A DNA stretch of 64,000 bases from an uncultured Actinomycetota bacterium (lineage in GTDB: Bacteria > Actinomycetota > Thermoleophilia > RBG-16-64-13), in contig CAWGGI010000007.1 of NCBI GenBank assembly GCA_963822135.1, positions 7,950-71,949 on the forward strand. Direction: 5' to 3'. The translations under genes were made by a program, and so were the position numbers. Positions 44,111-56,284 of the stretch are shown here, piece after piece. The notes under the pieces are model-generated. The model saw only the letters and a program-made list of their open reading frames with translations, made no database searches and had not been told where the DNA came from. Numbering within the stretch: the first letter of the stretch is position 1; each line of letters opens with the position of its first letter.

Positions 44111-45188
44111 TCAGCCGTCCGCACCAGCGCGGCCGAGCGCCTCGTCGAGCGCGTCGCCGTCCGCGGCGCGCCGCAGCCCTCTCGATGGTCGCCGGGGCGA
44201 CCCGCGACGGCCGCAGGTACCAGCCGACGAGCCTCCACATCCACTTGAGGGCCCGCTCCGGCCCCATCTCCTCGATGGCCAGGGCCAGCAGAGCGCGCAG
44301 GTCGGCGATCACCTCCGGCAGCGGCGGCCTTGGAGTGGTCCTCGCCCGGCGAGAAGCCCGTCGACCAGCCAGGGATCGCCCGCTGCTCCTCGCGCCACCA
44401 TGACTGCCGTCGCTCCCGTGGCTTCCCGATGATCTCGCTTGGCCGACGCTCACACTCATCACGTCCCCGGACGCGATCACCGGGATCCCGACCGCCCGGA
44501 CCACTTCCGCGGTGACGGTGTGGTCGGCCGGCGCCGCGGTAGTACTGGCTGGCGGCCCGGGGATGGACGCCGAGCGCGGCCACCCCCACCTCCTCCAGGC
44601 GCGGCGCCAGCTCCACCGCGGTCCTCTCGCCCTCGCTGCAGCCCGCTGCGCAGCTTGACGGTGACCGGGACACCATGCGCGCTCGGCCGCCTCGACCACC
44701 GCCGCCGCCACGGCCACGGCCCGCTCCGGCTCGCCGAGCAGCGCGGCCCCGGCGCCGGTCCGCATGACCTTGCGCACCGGGCAGCCCATGTTGATGTCGA
44801 GGAGATCGGGCACGGCCGCGCCTGGCATCCGCTCCTGGGAGAGGACCAGGCGGGCGGCCTCGGCCATCACCTCGGGGAGTCGCCGAAGAGTTGCACGGCC
44901 ATCGGCCGTTCCTCCTCTCGAAGTGCAGGTAGTCCTCGGGTGCGTCTGTTGCCGTGGAAAGCCCGTAGGCGCTGACCATCTCGGTGGTCACCAGGCCGGC
45001 GCCGTGAGCTTCAGGTGCCGACGGTACGCTGACGTGGTGAGCCCGGCCATGGGAGCCAGCACCACCCGGTTGGGTATGGCGACCGAGCCGATGGCGAAGG
45101 GGGTGGACAGGGCTCCCGGCCCGGAAGCGTCGATCTCTTGTGACACCTCGACCGGGGCCGGCGAGGTGTCGCCGCTGCCCGGCTTCAT
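44111..45188 (-). pseudogene. dusB: tRNA-dihydrouridine synthase (DusB-like), at least 5 frameshifts as sequenced
   Basis: ..VVLAPMAGLT.., ..DLLDINMGCPVRKV.., ..VTVKL.., ..AALGVHPRAASQYY.., ..IPVIASGDV.. recovered from three alternating frames. Stop inferred at 44111-44113. Confidence 0.75.
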
Positions 45189-45189
45189 C

Positions 45190-45961
45190 CTACGTGTGGT
45201 TGCGCCGGTAGATGATCTCCAGCCCGCGCAGCGTGAGGAGCGGGTCCAGCTTGTCGAGCGTGGAGGCGTGGTCGAAGATGAGGGAGGCGAGCCCCCCGGT
45301 GGCCACCGCCACCGCCGCGCCGCCCAGTTCCTCGCGCATGCGCGAGCACGATGCCGTCCACCTGACCGGCGAAGCCGTACACGGCTCCCGCCTGCATGGC
45401 ATGGACGGTGTTCTTGCCTATGACCGAACCCGGGTCGGCCAGCTCGACCTTGATCAGTCGGGCGGCGCGTGTGGCCAGCGCGTCAAGGGAGATCTCGATG
45501 CCCGGGGCGATGGCGTGGCCCAGGTACTCGCCGGCGGCCGAGACCGCGCTGAAGGTGGTGGCCGTGCCGAAGTCCACCGCGATGCAGGGGCCACCGTACG
45601 GCCTCGAAGGCGGCGACGGCGTCGACGATCAGGTCGGGGCCGACCTGGCGCGGGTCGCTGGTGAGGATGGGCATGCCGGTCTTGACTCCGGGGCCGATGA
45701 CCAGGGCCTCGAGACCGAACTTGGCCGCGGCCATGCTTGAGTACTCGCCGCTCAGCCGCGGCACCACCGAGGCGACGGCCACTCCGGAGACCGAATCGCG
45801 CCGAGAAGCCGTCGAGTCGCAGCAGGCTGTCGAGCAGGACGGCTATCTCATCGCCGGTCTTGCGCACGTCGGTGGCGAAGCGCCAGCTGGCCACGAGCTC
45901 CTTGCCGGAGAACAGCCCGACATGCGGTCTGGGTGTTCCCTACGTCGACGGCCAGAAGCAT
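45190..45961 (-). pseudogene. coaX: type III pantothenate kinase, about 4 frameshifts as sequenced
   Basis: MLLAVDVGNTQT.., ..WRFATDVRKTGDE.., ..[16 protein letters not shown].., ..[12 protein letters not shown].., ..[15 protein letters not shown].., ..ATGGLASLI.. spread over alternating frames. Confidence 0.8.
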
Positions 45962-45966
45962 GGTCG

Positions 45967-46832
45967 TCACCTCCTCGGACCCGTCTCGCAGGGTCAGACC
46001 GACGTCCACGGGCGGCGCACCCATGGTGAGAGCGCTGGTGGAGATCAGGTCCACGCCTGTCTCGGCGATTGCCCTGACGGTATCAGAGACACGCCGCCCG
46101 AAGCCTCCAGGACCACGTCGGGCGTGAGCCCGCGGGCTACACCCACCAGGTGCCTCGAGCGAGGCCAGGTCCTGGTTGTCGAGCATGATGAGGTCGGCCC
46201 CGCAGGCGATCGCCTCGCGCAGGTCGGCCTCGCTCTCCACCTCCACCTCCACCTTGATGTAATGCGGCGCCGGCTGCCTTGACCCGGTCCATGGCGGCCC
46301 GCACCCCGCCGGCGGCCGCCAGGTGGTTGTTCTTGATGAGCACCATGTCGAACAGCCCGAAGCGGTGGTTGCCGCAGCCGCCCAGCACCACGGCCCGCTT
46401 CTCCCAGAGGCGCAGCCCAGGCATGGTCTTGCGGGTGTCGACCACCGCCGCCCCGGTGCCCGGCCACCGCCTGCGCGAAGCGCCGGGACTGCGTGGCTAC
46501 CCCGCGACAGATGGCTGAGGAGGTTGAGCATGGTCCTCTCCGCGGTGAGGATGCTGCGCGCCGAGCCCTCGATGGCTGCCAGCTCGTCCCGCGTCTCCGG
46601 CCGCGGCGCCCTCCTCCACCAGCGCTGTGAAGACCGCCCTCGGGTCGACCTCGCGCATGACCGTCCGGGCAAGGTCCAATCCGCACACCACCAGGTCGTT
46701 GCGCGCCGTGATCACGGCGCGCCCCCGCAGGTCCGCGGGCACGGTCAGCTCGGAGGTGATGTCGCCGTACCCGGCCAGATCCTCGGCCAAGCGCCTGCCG
46801 GACCAGTCTCAAGATCCGCGTCTCTCGCTCAT
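45967..46832 (-). pseudogene. nadC: nicotinate-nucleotide pyrophosphorylase (quinolinate phosphoribosyltransferase), about 4-5 frameshifts as sequenced
   Basis: ATG 46832 behind GGTGGAGGAG. ..LAEDLAGYGDITS.., ..AERTMLNLLSHLSG.., ..[37 protein letters not shown].., ..IKVEVEVES.., ..IMLDN.., ..LEASGGV... Both ends approximate. Confidence 0.8.
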
Positions 46833-48481
46833 GACTCCTCCACCGGTCTCGACGTAGACCACGCTGGCTCCCCTGTCTCGGCGATCGCGGTGGATCAAGC
46901 ACATGACGGCGCCAGCGAGGCGTCGTCCCGCTCGCGGAAGTCGGAGCGAAGGTGCACCCCTCGGCTCTCCTCCCGCATCGCGGCTGAGAGGATCAAGTGA
47001 CGGGCTACTGTGAGAGGTTGAACAACTCCAACTCTGCCGACACTCAGCCCCGGAGCGGCGAGCGAGCCCTCTGGATGCCCTCCAGCGAGCCTGCTGCCTT
47101 CTCAAGTCCTTCTTTGGTGCGCACGATACCGCACAGATCCGCCATCAGGCGCCCCAGCACCGCTCGCTTCTCGGCCACAAGGCCGGATCGTTCCCCTCCC
47201 GAGGCTCATCGGCCAGGTCGAGCCTGACCTTGCTCACCGCCGGGTCCGAGACCGACAGGTAGCGGTTGAGCTCGCGCACGGTGCGATCTCCGAACACGAG
47301 CCCCTCGAGCAGCGAGTTGGAAGCCAGGCGGTTGGCCCCGTGGATGCCGGTGCTGGCCGTCTCGCCACACGCGTACAGACCGGGGATGGTGGTGCGGCCC
47401 CAGCTGTCGGTGAGTACACCGCCGATGAAGTAGTGCGACGCCGGGGCGATGGGGATCAGCTGCGGTGCAGAGGTCGAACCCCCTGGCCTGCGAGACCCGT
47501 TGTAGACGGTGGGGAACCGCTCGCGAGGAACGCGCAGTCCAGATGTCTGGCGTCGAGCCACACGTGGTCGGTGCCGTCCCGGTCGAAGACAGCCTTCATG
47601 TGCCGGACGACAACATCCCTCGGCGCGAGTTCGGCCCTTGGATGCGAGCCCACCATGAACCTCTCCCCCGCATCGTCACGCAGGTAGGCGCCCTCGCCGC
47701 GCAGCGCTTCGGTAAGAAGCAGGGTCGGGTTCTCCGACCCGTAGAGAGCGGTGGGATGGAACTGCATGAACTCCATGTCGCGCATGACGGCGCCGGCCCG
47801 GTAGGCCATCGCATGACCGTCACCCGTCGCCACCAGAGGGTTGGTGGTGTGGGAGTAGACCTGGCCGGCGCCCCCGCACGCCAGCACCACGGCGCGCGCG
47901 AGGGTCACCGTCAGCCCCCCCTCGCGGTCCAGCGATACGGCACCGACACAGCGGCCGGCGTCCATCAGCAGGTCGATGACGAACTCGTTCTCGTGGAGCT
48001 CCACCCGGCTGCCTGAGATGATGGCTTCAGCCAGCGCGCTGGCTACGACGCTTCCTGTGGCATCGCCGCCGGCCCGCACCACCCGCGGGACCGAGTGAGC
48101 ACCCTCGGAGGCAAGGATCAGCTTGCCGTTCCGGCGGTCGAAGTTGGCTCCCAGCTTCTCCAGCTCGCGCACCCGCGCCGGCCCCTCCTCCACGAGGACC
48201 CGCACGGCGGCGGCGTCGCAGAGTCCGACCCCCGCCTCGAGGGTGTCCTTGAGGTGCAGTTCGGGGGAGTCGTAGTCGCCGATAGCGGCCGCGATCCCGC
48301 CCTGGGCGAGGAACGTGGTGGTCTCGTCGAGAGCGCCCTTCGTGATCAAGCCGACATGCCAGCGGTTCGCCGCCCCCACCGCGGCGGTGAGCCCGGCGAT
48401 ACCGCCGCCGATGACCAGCACGTCGTAGCTGGAGTAGCGAAGCTCCGCGCCGCTGCGGGAGATGAGAGATCCGGTGGTCAT
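46809..48481 (-). pseudogene. nadB: L-aspartate oxidase, about 5-6 frameshifts as sequenced
   Basis: DVLVIGGGIAGL, ..AQGGIAAA.., ..FHPTAL.., ..RFPTVY.., ..HYFIGGV.., ..HGANRLASNSLLEG.., and ..AAMREESRGVHLRSDF.. recovered at about 46930-46980. 3' end inferred near the nadC start. Confidence 0.8.
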
Positions 48482-49395
48482 GCACCTACCTCGACCATGC
48501 GCTGCACGGCGCGAAGGGCCTTTGGCTCACGGATCTCCGGCTCGACGCTTACGATGGGACCTTCATCCTGGAGAGCTTTGAGCACCTTCTCCAAGGTGAT
48601 GAGCTTCATGTTGGGACACACGGTCAGCTGGGTCACCGGATAGAAGGTCTTGCCCGGCACGTCCTTCGCCAGCCGGTACAGCATGCCCAGCTCGGTCCCG
48701 ATGAGATACTCGGTGGCGTCGTCCTCACGGCAGAAGCGGATCATGCCCGACGTGCTTTCCACTGCGTCGGCCAAAGCCACCACCTCGGGCTCACATTCGG
48801 GATGCACCACCAGTTTGGCGCGAGGATGCGCCGCCCGCGCCTTCTCCACGTCGTCCACTCCGATCAGACCGTGCGTGGGACAGAAACCGGGCCACAGGAT
48901 CACCCAGCGCCCCGCCCGCTGTGCGGCCCAGGAGCCGAGATTGCGGTCGGGAGTGAAGATGATCTCCTTGTCGGCAGGGATCGAGCGGATGATGTTCACG
49001 GCGTTGGCGCTGGTACAGCAGATGTCGGAGACCGCTTTGACCGCGGCCGAGGTGTTGACATAGCTCACCACCACCGCTCCCGGGTGCTCGGCCTTGAGCT
49101 CCTCGAGTCCCTCCACGTCGACCATGTCTGCCATCGGACAGCCGGCTTCCTCATCGGGGAGGATGACCGGACGGTCGGGAGCGAGGATGGCGGCCGTCTC
49201 GGCCATGAAGTGGACCCCGCAGAACACCGTCATGTTCGCGGTGGTCGCTGCCGCCTGTCGCGACAGCCCCAGGGAGTCGCCCACGAAATCGGCCACATCC
49301 TGGACCTCCGGCCGCTGATAGTTGTGGGCGAGGATGACGGCACCCTTTTCCTGCGCCAGACGGCGGATCTCGGCGTGCATCGCTGAATGGTCCAT
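48478..49395 (-). CDS. nadA: quinolinate synthase
   Basis: ATG 49395 behind AACAGGAGG. ..AVILAHNYQRPEVQDVADFVGDSL.., ..FCGVHFMAETA.., ..VSYVNTSA.., ..CPNMK... Intact. Confidence 0.9.
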   Translation of the reverse strand: MDHSAMHAEIRRLAQEKGAVILAHNYQRPEVQDVADFVGDSLGLSRQAAATTANMTVFCGVHFMAETAAILAPDRPVILPDEEAGCPMADMVDVEGLEELKAEHPGAVVVSYVNTSAAVKAVSDICCTSANAVNIIRSIPADKEIIFTPDRNLGSWAAQRAGRWVILWPGFCPTHGLIGVDDVEKARAAHPRAKLVVHPECEPEVVALADAVESTSGMIRFCREDDATEYLIGTELGMLYRLAKDVPGKTFYPVTQLTVCPNMKLITLEKVLKALQDEGPIVSVEPEIREPKALRAVQRMVEVGA

Positions 49396-49478
49396 ATGCG
49401 GCCTCCTGTTCTGAGGCTGGCTCCGCTGCTCCCGTTTCTCGCCGCGACCCGCAGCCTGGCGAATCACCGTCTGCCCCC

Positions 49479-49952
49479 TCACCAGGTCGAGTGCCTCCGC
49501 CACCGTTTTCCCGCTCGGCAGGAGCAGATCGGGGGCCAGTTCGGACAGGGGCTCGAGGACGAACCGCCTCTCCTCCATGCGCGGGTGCGGCACTTCGAGG
49601 TCGGTTCCGCGGTCGAGAGCCCATGGTACCAGAGGATATCTACGTCGATGCTCCTGGGCCCCCACCTGACAAGGCGCTCCCTTCCGAGGGCGTTCTCGAT
49701 GCGGCCGACGGCTTCCAGAAGCTCACGGGGTGACAGCGAGGTCTCCAGCTCGACCACCTGGTTGAGGTAGTCGTCCTGCTCGGGCCCTCCCACAGGCGCG
49801 GTGACGTAGATGCTCGACACACCGCTGATGGAGGTCCCGGGCAACGCCGCGAGAAGCTCTCTCGCCTGCCGCAGCAGCTCAGTGCGGTCACCCAGATTGG
49901 AGCCCAGCCCCAGGAAGACCCGGGCCGGTCCAGGCCGCGGGACGGCAGACAA
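49479..49952 (-). pseudogene. folK: 2-amino-4-hydroxy-6-hydroxymethyldihydropteridine diphosphokinase (HPPK), at least one frameshift
   Basis: ..FLGLGSNLGD.., ..RWGPRSIDVDIL.., then one base out of frame LEVPHPRMEERRFVLEPL... Start TTG 49952 inferred. 3' end ambiguous (see rejected items). Confidence 0.75.
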
Positions 49953-49953
49953 T

Positions 49954-50322
49954 TCAGTCCTCGACGTCGGAACGCGCGAGCTCGACGGCGGCCGCCACGC
50001 TGTCCAGCGCACAGGCCACCGGCGGGTGGGGCTTGGTGACCTGTACCCATACCTCGTCGACGGGGAAGCGGCGGATGATGGCCTCGGCCGTGAGCCGGGC
50101 AAGGCGCTCCAGCAAGGAGTAGCTCCCCGTAGTGGCCACGTCGACGATGACATCGATGACCTCGGTGTAGTCGACCGTGTCCGACACGTCGTCCGTGTAC
50201 GCGGCGTCGCATTCGTCCATGGTGAGGCGCACGTCGTAAAGCAGTCGCTGGCCCAGCACCTTCTCCTCGTCGGTGACTCCGTGATGGCCGTAGACTTCCA
50301 GCCCTTCGATGAAGATGTCCAT
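49954..50322 (-). CDS. folB: dihydroneopterin aldolase
   Basis: MDIFIEGLEVYGHHGVTDEEKVLGQRL.., 122 aa, intact. ATG shares one base with the folP stop. Confidence 0.85.
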   Translation of the reverse strand: MDIFIEGLEVYGHHGVTDEEKVLGQRLLYDVRLTMDECDAAYTDDVSDTVDYTEVIDVIVDVATTGSYSLLERLARLTAEAIIRRFPVDEVWVQVTKPHPPVACALDSVAAAVELARSDVED

Positions 50323-51509
50323 CACAGCCCCCCGTTCTCGTCTTTGGCGGCTCCGCGCACCGCTCGGGCGATCCTGGCCGCATCTCGGTTGACATCCACC
50401 CGATGCACCCTCACCACGTGAGCTCCGGAGTTCACTGCGAGGGCGGTGGTGACTGCCGTCGCCTCGTCGCGGGCGCTCGCCTCCTCTATGCCGAGTATCT
50501 CTCCCAGAAAGCGTTTGCGCGAGGCCCCCACCACGATCGGCCGCCCCAGACAGCGGAAACTCTCGAGGTTGCGAAGGATGGTCAGATTGTGCGCCGTGGT
50601 CTTCCCGAAACCCAGTCCCGGGTCGATGAGCAGGTTCTCCTCCCTGAGTCCGTTGGCGACGGCCCAATCGAGCCTCTCGGCGAAGAAGGCGTGCAAGTCG
50701 CCGATCACGTCCCCGTAGACCGGCGCCGCCTGCATGGTCTTGGGTTCGCCCAGCATGTGCATGAGGATGACCGGACAGTCCGCGTCCCTCACCACCGCCA
50801 CCATCTCCGGGTCCATGCGGAGAGCGGAGATATCGTTGACCATGAAGGCCCCGGCCGCCAACGCCTTGGCCGCCACTCGAGCCTTGTACGTGTCTACCGA
50901 GACGCGCCCGGGCAGAGAGGGGGCCAACGCCTCGATCACGGGAAGCACCCGGGCCGTCTCCTCCTCTTCGGACAGCGGATCCGCGCCGGGGCGGGTCGAT
51001 TCCCCCCCGACGTCGACGAGAGCCGCGCCCTCCTCCATCATGGTCAGCGCGGCGTGGATCGCGTCTTCGGGGCCCGCATAGCTGCCGCCATCGGAGAAGG
51101 AGTCCGGCGTGACGTTGAGCACCCCCATGAGGAGCGGGGGGTCGCTCAGATCGAGGCCGGGCGGGCCGAGGGGAGACGGGTCGTCGTAGTCTCGGAGCGC
51201 GGTCTCGATGGCAGCTGCCAGCCGGCGCAGACCGAAGGGCTGTTGCTTCAGTTTGGGCAGAAGCCGCTCGAACTGGGTGAGGGTGCCCATCACCAGGCAA
51301 TCGGCGGTACCCCCCTTGAGTTCGTACACCTCCCGGGAGGTCGCCACCTCACCCCCCCGGGAGAGCATCTCCTGCTTGAGGATGTTCGCAGCGCGCACGT
51401 CAAGGCCCCGGACCCGGACGACGCGGAAGAGAGCCTTCTTCTCCATGATGTCGATGCCGGCTCCGGAGACGCCGGATACGGGCGAGCGCCGCCCGCGCTT
51501 CGGCGACAT
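50322..51509 (-). CDS. folP: dihydropteroate synthase with about 110-aa N-terminal extra domain
   Basis: Pterin-binding core GVLNVTPDSFSDGG.. ..VDVGGESTRPG.. ..SVDTYK.. ..VNDISA.. ..DPGLGFGK... N-terminal start at 51509 or 51446. Confidence 0.85.
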   Translation of the reverse strand: MSPKRGRRSPVSGVSGAGIDIMEKKALFRVVRVRGLDVRAANILKQEMLSRGGEVATSREVYELKGGTADCLVMGTLTQFERLLPKLKQQPFGLRRLAAAIETALRDYDDPSPLGPPGLDLSDPPLLMGVLNVTPDSFSDGGSYAGPEDAIHAALTMMEEGAALVDVGGESTRPGADPLSEEEETARVLPVIEALAPSLPGRVSVDTYKARVAAKALAAGAFMVNDISALRMDPEMVAVVRDADCPVILMHMLGEPKTMQAAPVYGDVIGDLHAFFAERLDWAVANGLREENLLIDPGLGFGKTTAHNLTILRNLESFRCLGRPIVVGASRKRFLGEILGIEEASARDEATAVTTALAVNSGAHVVRVHRVDVNRDAARIARAVRGAAKDENGGL

Positions 51510-51568
51510 CTCTCAGAGAGAGGACCTGGGGTGTGATCTCGACCGGTGTCACAGCGACCGGCCTACGC

Positions 51569-52140
51569 TCAGGGATTCGGCGCTTCGATCAGTGCCAGGA
51601 CCTCGGCCCGGGTGGCCGCGTTGCTGCGGAAGATGCCTCTGACGGCGGAGGTGACCACCCGCGAACCGGGCGCCTTCACACCGCGCATGGACATGCATAG
51701 ATGCTCGGCTCTGACCAGGACGAGTACTCCGGCCGGATCGAGGGCGTCCACAAGGCTGTCGGCGATCATGCTGGTGAGCCTCTCCTGCAGCTGCAGCCGG
51801 GCTGCGGCCGTGCTGACAAGGCGGACGATCTTGGACACGCCGGTGATGCTCCCGTTCTTGGAAGGGATGTAGGCCACGTCGGCCACCCCGAAGAAAGGCA
51901 CGAGATGATGCTCACACAGGGAGTGGAAGGCGATGTCGCGCACCAGGACCATCTCCTGATGGGTGTCGGAGCCGATGGCGACCACCAGGGAAGAGAGATC
52001 CTTGGGCTCGGTGGCGATGAGTTCTTCGTACAGGTCCGCGACCCGACGAGGCGTTTCCAGAAGACCCTCGCGCTGAGGATCCTCGCCGATGCCCTCGAGG
52101 AGGAGGCGGGTGGCCTGCTCGATCTTGTGCCTGTCGACCA
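51569..52140 (-). CDS. folE: GTP cyclohydrolase I
   Basis: ..REGLLETPRRVA.., ..FHSLCEHHLVPFFG.., ..QERLT.. ..AEHLCMSMRGV... GTG 52140 lies 8 nt after the ftsH stop. Confidence 0.85.
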
Positions 52141-52148
52141 CCTGCGGG

Positions 52149-54107
<1,959 letters not shown>

Positions 54108-54158
54108 GTGCGCTCCACAAATCGTTGCATGAGGGTCAGAGATACTAGCACAAGGCGC

Positions 54159-54674
54159 TCAATCGAGGTCGTCTATCACTCCGATATAGGGCAGGTTGCG
54201 GTGCTTTTCCGAGTAGTCCAGCCCGTAGCCCACCACGAACTCGTTCTCGATCTCGAACCCCGTGTATTTACAGGGGAGCTCGGCGATCCGCCGGCCCGGT
54301 TTGCTGAGCAGCGTCACGATCTCCAGGCTGGCCGGATTGCGGGACATGAGACTCCTGCTGAGATACTGCAAGGTCAGGCCCGAATCGATGATGTCCTCCA
54401 CGATGAGTATGTGCCGACCGTCGATATCCGTGTCGAGATCCTTGAGGATCCGCACGACCCCCGAGCTCTCGGTGGAAGCGCCATAGCTAGATACCGCCAT
54501 GAACTCGAGTTCCAGGTCGAAGCACAACCGGCGGGCCAGGTCGGCCATGAAGAAGATGGCGCCCTTGAGAACGCAGATGAGCACCGGCCTGGTACCCTCG
54601 TAGTCGCGGGCTATCTCGCCCGCCAGCTCGTCTACCCTGGCCTGCAGCTGGTCTTGCGGTATGAGGACCCTCAC
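54159..54674 (-). CDS. hpt: hypoxanthine-guanine phosphoribosyltransferase
   Basis: PRPP loop ILIVEDIIDSGLTL, ..VLKGA.. ..GYGLDY... GTG 54674 behind AAGGAGA, overlapping the tilS stop. Confidence 0.9.
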   Translation of the reverse strand: MRVLIPQDQLQARVDELAGEIARDYEGTRPVLICVLKGAIFFMADLARRLCFDLELEFMAVSSYGASTESSGVVRILKDLDTDIDGRHILIVEDIIDSGLTLQYLSRSLMSRNPASLEIVTLLSKPGRRIAELPCKYTGFEIENEFVVGYGLDYSEKHRNLPYIGVIDDLD

Positions 54675-56167
54675 GACTGCCCGTCTCCTTCGCATCCGCC
54701 GTAGCCTGGACCGGCGCTTTCGTCGGCCTCCCCACCGGTCTCACCCGGCGACCCGCTACCCGGCTCTCCGCTGAGACCCAGGCGTACGATCTGCGCTGTC
54801 TCGCCGGTTATTCTACCCTCCTCTGCGACCAGCAATCCACACACCCAGACCACCCGGCCGTCGCATACCACCAGGGGGATCGTGGGGCGCACAGCCGCTG
54901 CGATGCGCAGGTCGACAAAGACATCCTGGAGCTTGCGGCTACCGGGCGCCCCCAGAGGACGCACTCGATCGCCCGGACGTGGACCGCGCACCTCCACAGT
55001 GCCTTCAAGGCTCCTGGAGTCGACATAGGCCTCGGAAGACACATCGGGTGCTCTGTAGCTTCCGACCTGAGTGGCGGTCACGCACACGCCGCCCCAGCGA
55101 GCGCGACCCGGTACACCGAGGGGGACCGGCGAAGGAGAGGGAGATGCCGCCGTCGCCGCCCGCGGGCGGCGACGGCCACAGGCTAGAGTGATCTCGTCGT
55201 ACTCTTTGTGGGCCCGCCAGCGGCCGGCGAGGTCGCGCTCCGCCGATCCCGGGATGGTGAGCAGCGCCTCCAGGGCAAGGACGGAGGCGCGCGAGGCTGC
55301 CGGCCTCGCGCGCCGCTCTAGCCACCGATGGAGCAAGAGGCGCCGCAACGCGCGGTCGAGCGACAGAAGAGCGGACGCGCTCAGCCCGGCGCCATCCCCG
55401 GTCATCACGTCCCGCTCGGCGTCGTCGATGAGCGCCTCGATCAGCCCCTCGATCTCCGCTGCCACCTGCGCTGCCCGCCCGGCGGCCTCCACGGCTCCGG
55501 GGAGCGCCCGTTCCCAGGCGGGCAGCACGTCCTCGCGGATGCCGGTACGGACATAGCCGGGGAAGACGTTGCCCCGGTCCTCGGCGAACTCGAGACGGAG
55601 AGCACGGCAGTACGCGGCCGTCTCCTCGCGGCGGCACTCGAGCAGAGGCCGTACCCACGGGGGGTCGCAGGGAGCCATACCTCTGAACGCAGCCAGACCG
55701 CCATAGCGGCCCAGGCGATAGAGCATGGTCTCGACCTGATCATCGGCGGTGTGACCGAGGGCGATGCGATCGCACTTCTGCTCGGCGGCCACCTCCACCG
55801 CCGCTCGGCGGCGGGTTTCGCGGGCCCTCTCTTGAACGTTGCCCCGGCTCTTGCCTACCGGCCGGTGGAGGATGGTGAGGGCGACTCCCGCCTCCCCGCA
55901 GGCCCGGACGGTCAACGCCTCGTCGTCGTCGCTCTCGGATCCGCGCAGATGATGGTTGATATGCAGGGCATGGACCGCTGCGGGAGCCCCAGTTCGCCCC
56001 GCCGAGCCGGCCAAGATGTCGAGGAGAGCCCGCGAGTCCTGACCGCCGGAGACCATGACCAGCGCTCGCGAGCCGGGTGGGAACAACTCCTCCCGAGTCA
56101 TGAAGGCCAGCACTCTCCGCGCCAGCGAAACCTGCCCCCGCGCGTCCCTTCCCTCCGCCGCAGACAC
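54671..56167 (-). CDS. tilS: tRNA(Ile)-lysidine synthetase
   Basis: PP-loop VMVSGGQDS, ..ALGHTADDQVETMLYRL... Long C-terminal domain plus an acidic Gly-rich tail. Start GTG 56167 (behind GGAGGGG) inferred; the ORF extends to 56308. Confidence 0.85.
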   Translation of the reverse strand: MSAAEGRDARGQVSLARRVLAFMTREELFPPGSRALVMVSGGQDSRALLDILAGSAGRTGAPAAVHALHINHHLRGSESDDDEALTVRACGEAGVALTILHRPVGKSRGNVQERARETRRRAAVEVAAEQKCDRIALGHTADDQVETMLYRLGRYGGLAAFRGMAPCDPPWVRPLLECRREETAAYCRALRLEFAEDRGNVFPGYVRTGIREDVLPAWERALPGAVEAAGRAAQVAAEIEGLIEALIDDAERDVMTGDGAGLSASALLSLDRALRRLLLHRWLERRARPAASRASVLALEALLTIPGSAERDLAGRWRAHKEYDEITLACGRRRPRAATAASPSPSPVPLGVPGRARWGGVCVTATQVGSYRAPDVSSEAYVDSRSLEGTVEVRGPRPGDRVRPLGAPGSRKLQDVFVDLRIAAAVRPTIPLVVCDGRVVWVCGLLVAEEGRITGETAQIVRLGLSGEPGSGSPGETGGEADESAGPGYGGCEGDGQS

Positions 56168-56284
56168 GTTCCTCGCCCCTCCGTCGCCGACTGCCAGGGC
56201 TGGTATTGTACTACCCTGCAGCCGGCCGTCCGGCCACACCAGTGGAGGTGCCCATTGAACGGGTCTGCAGCTGCCGAGGGCGCA

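Noticed and set aside
49396-49480. Apparent in-frame fusions with no stop codon between adjacent genes: folK into nadA (49395), nadC into coaX (45961), and MFS into cupin (16112).
   Set aside because: In each case an alternative frame has a stop just upstream of, or overlapping, the next start. These are TGA at 49479-49481 and about 49464-49466 for folK, TGA at 45967-45969 for nadC, and the ATGA overlap at 16112-16115 for the MFS gene. Each downstream gene has its own strong RBS. All three lie in indel-dense blocks, so a hidden compensating indel is the simpler explanation.
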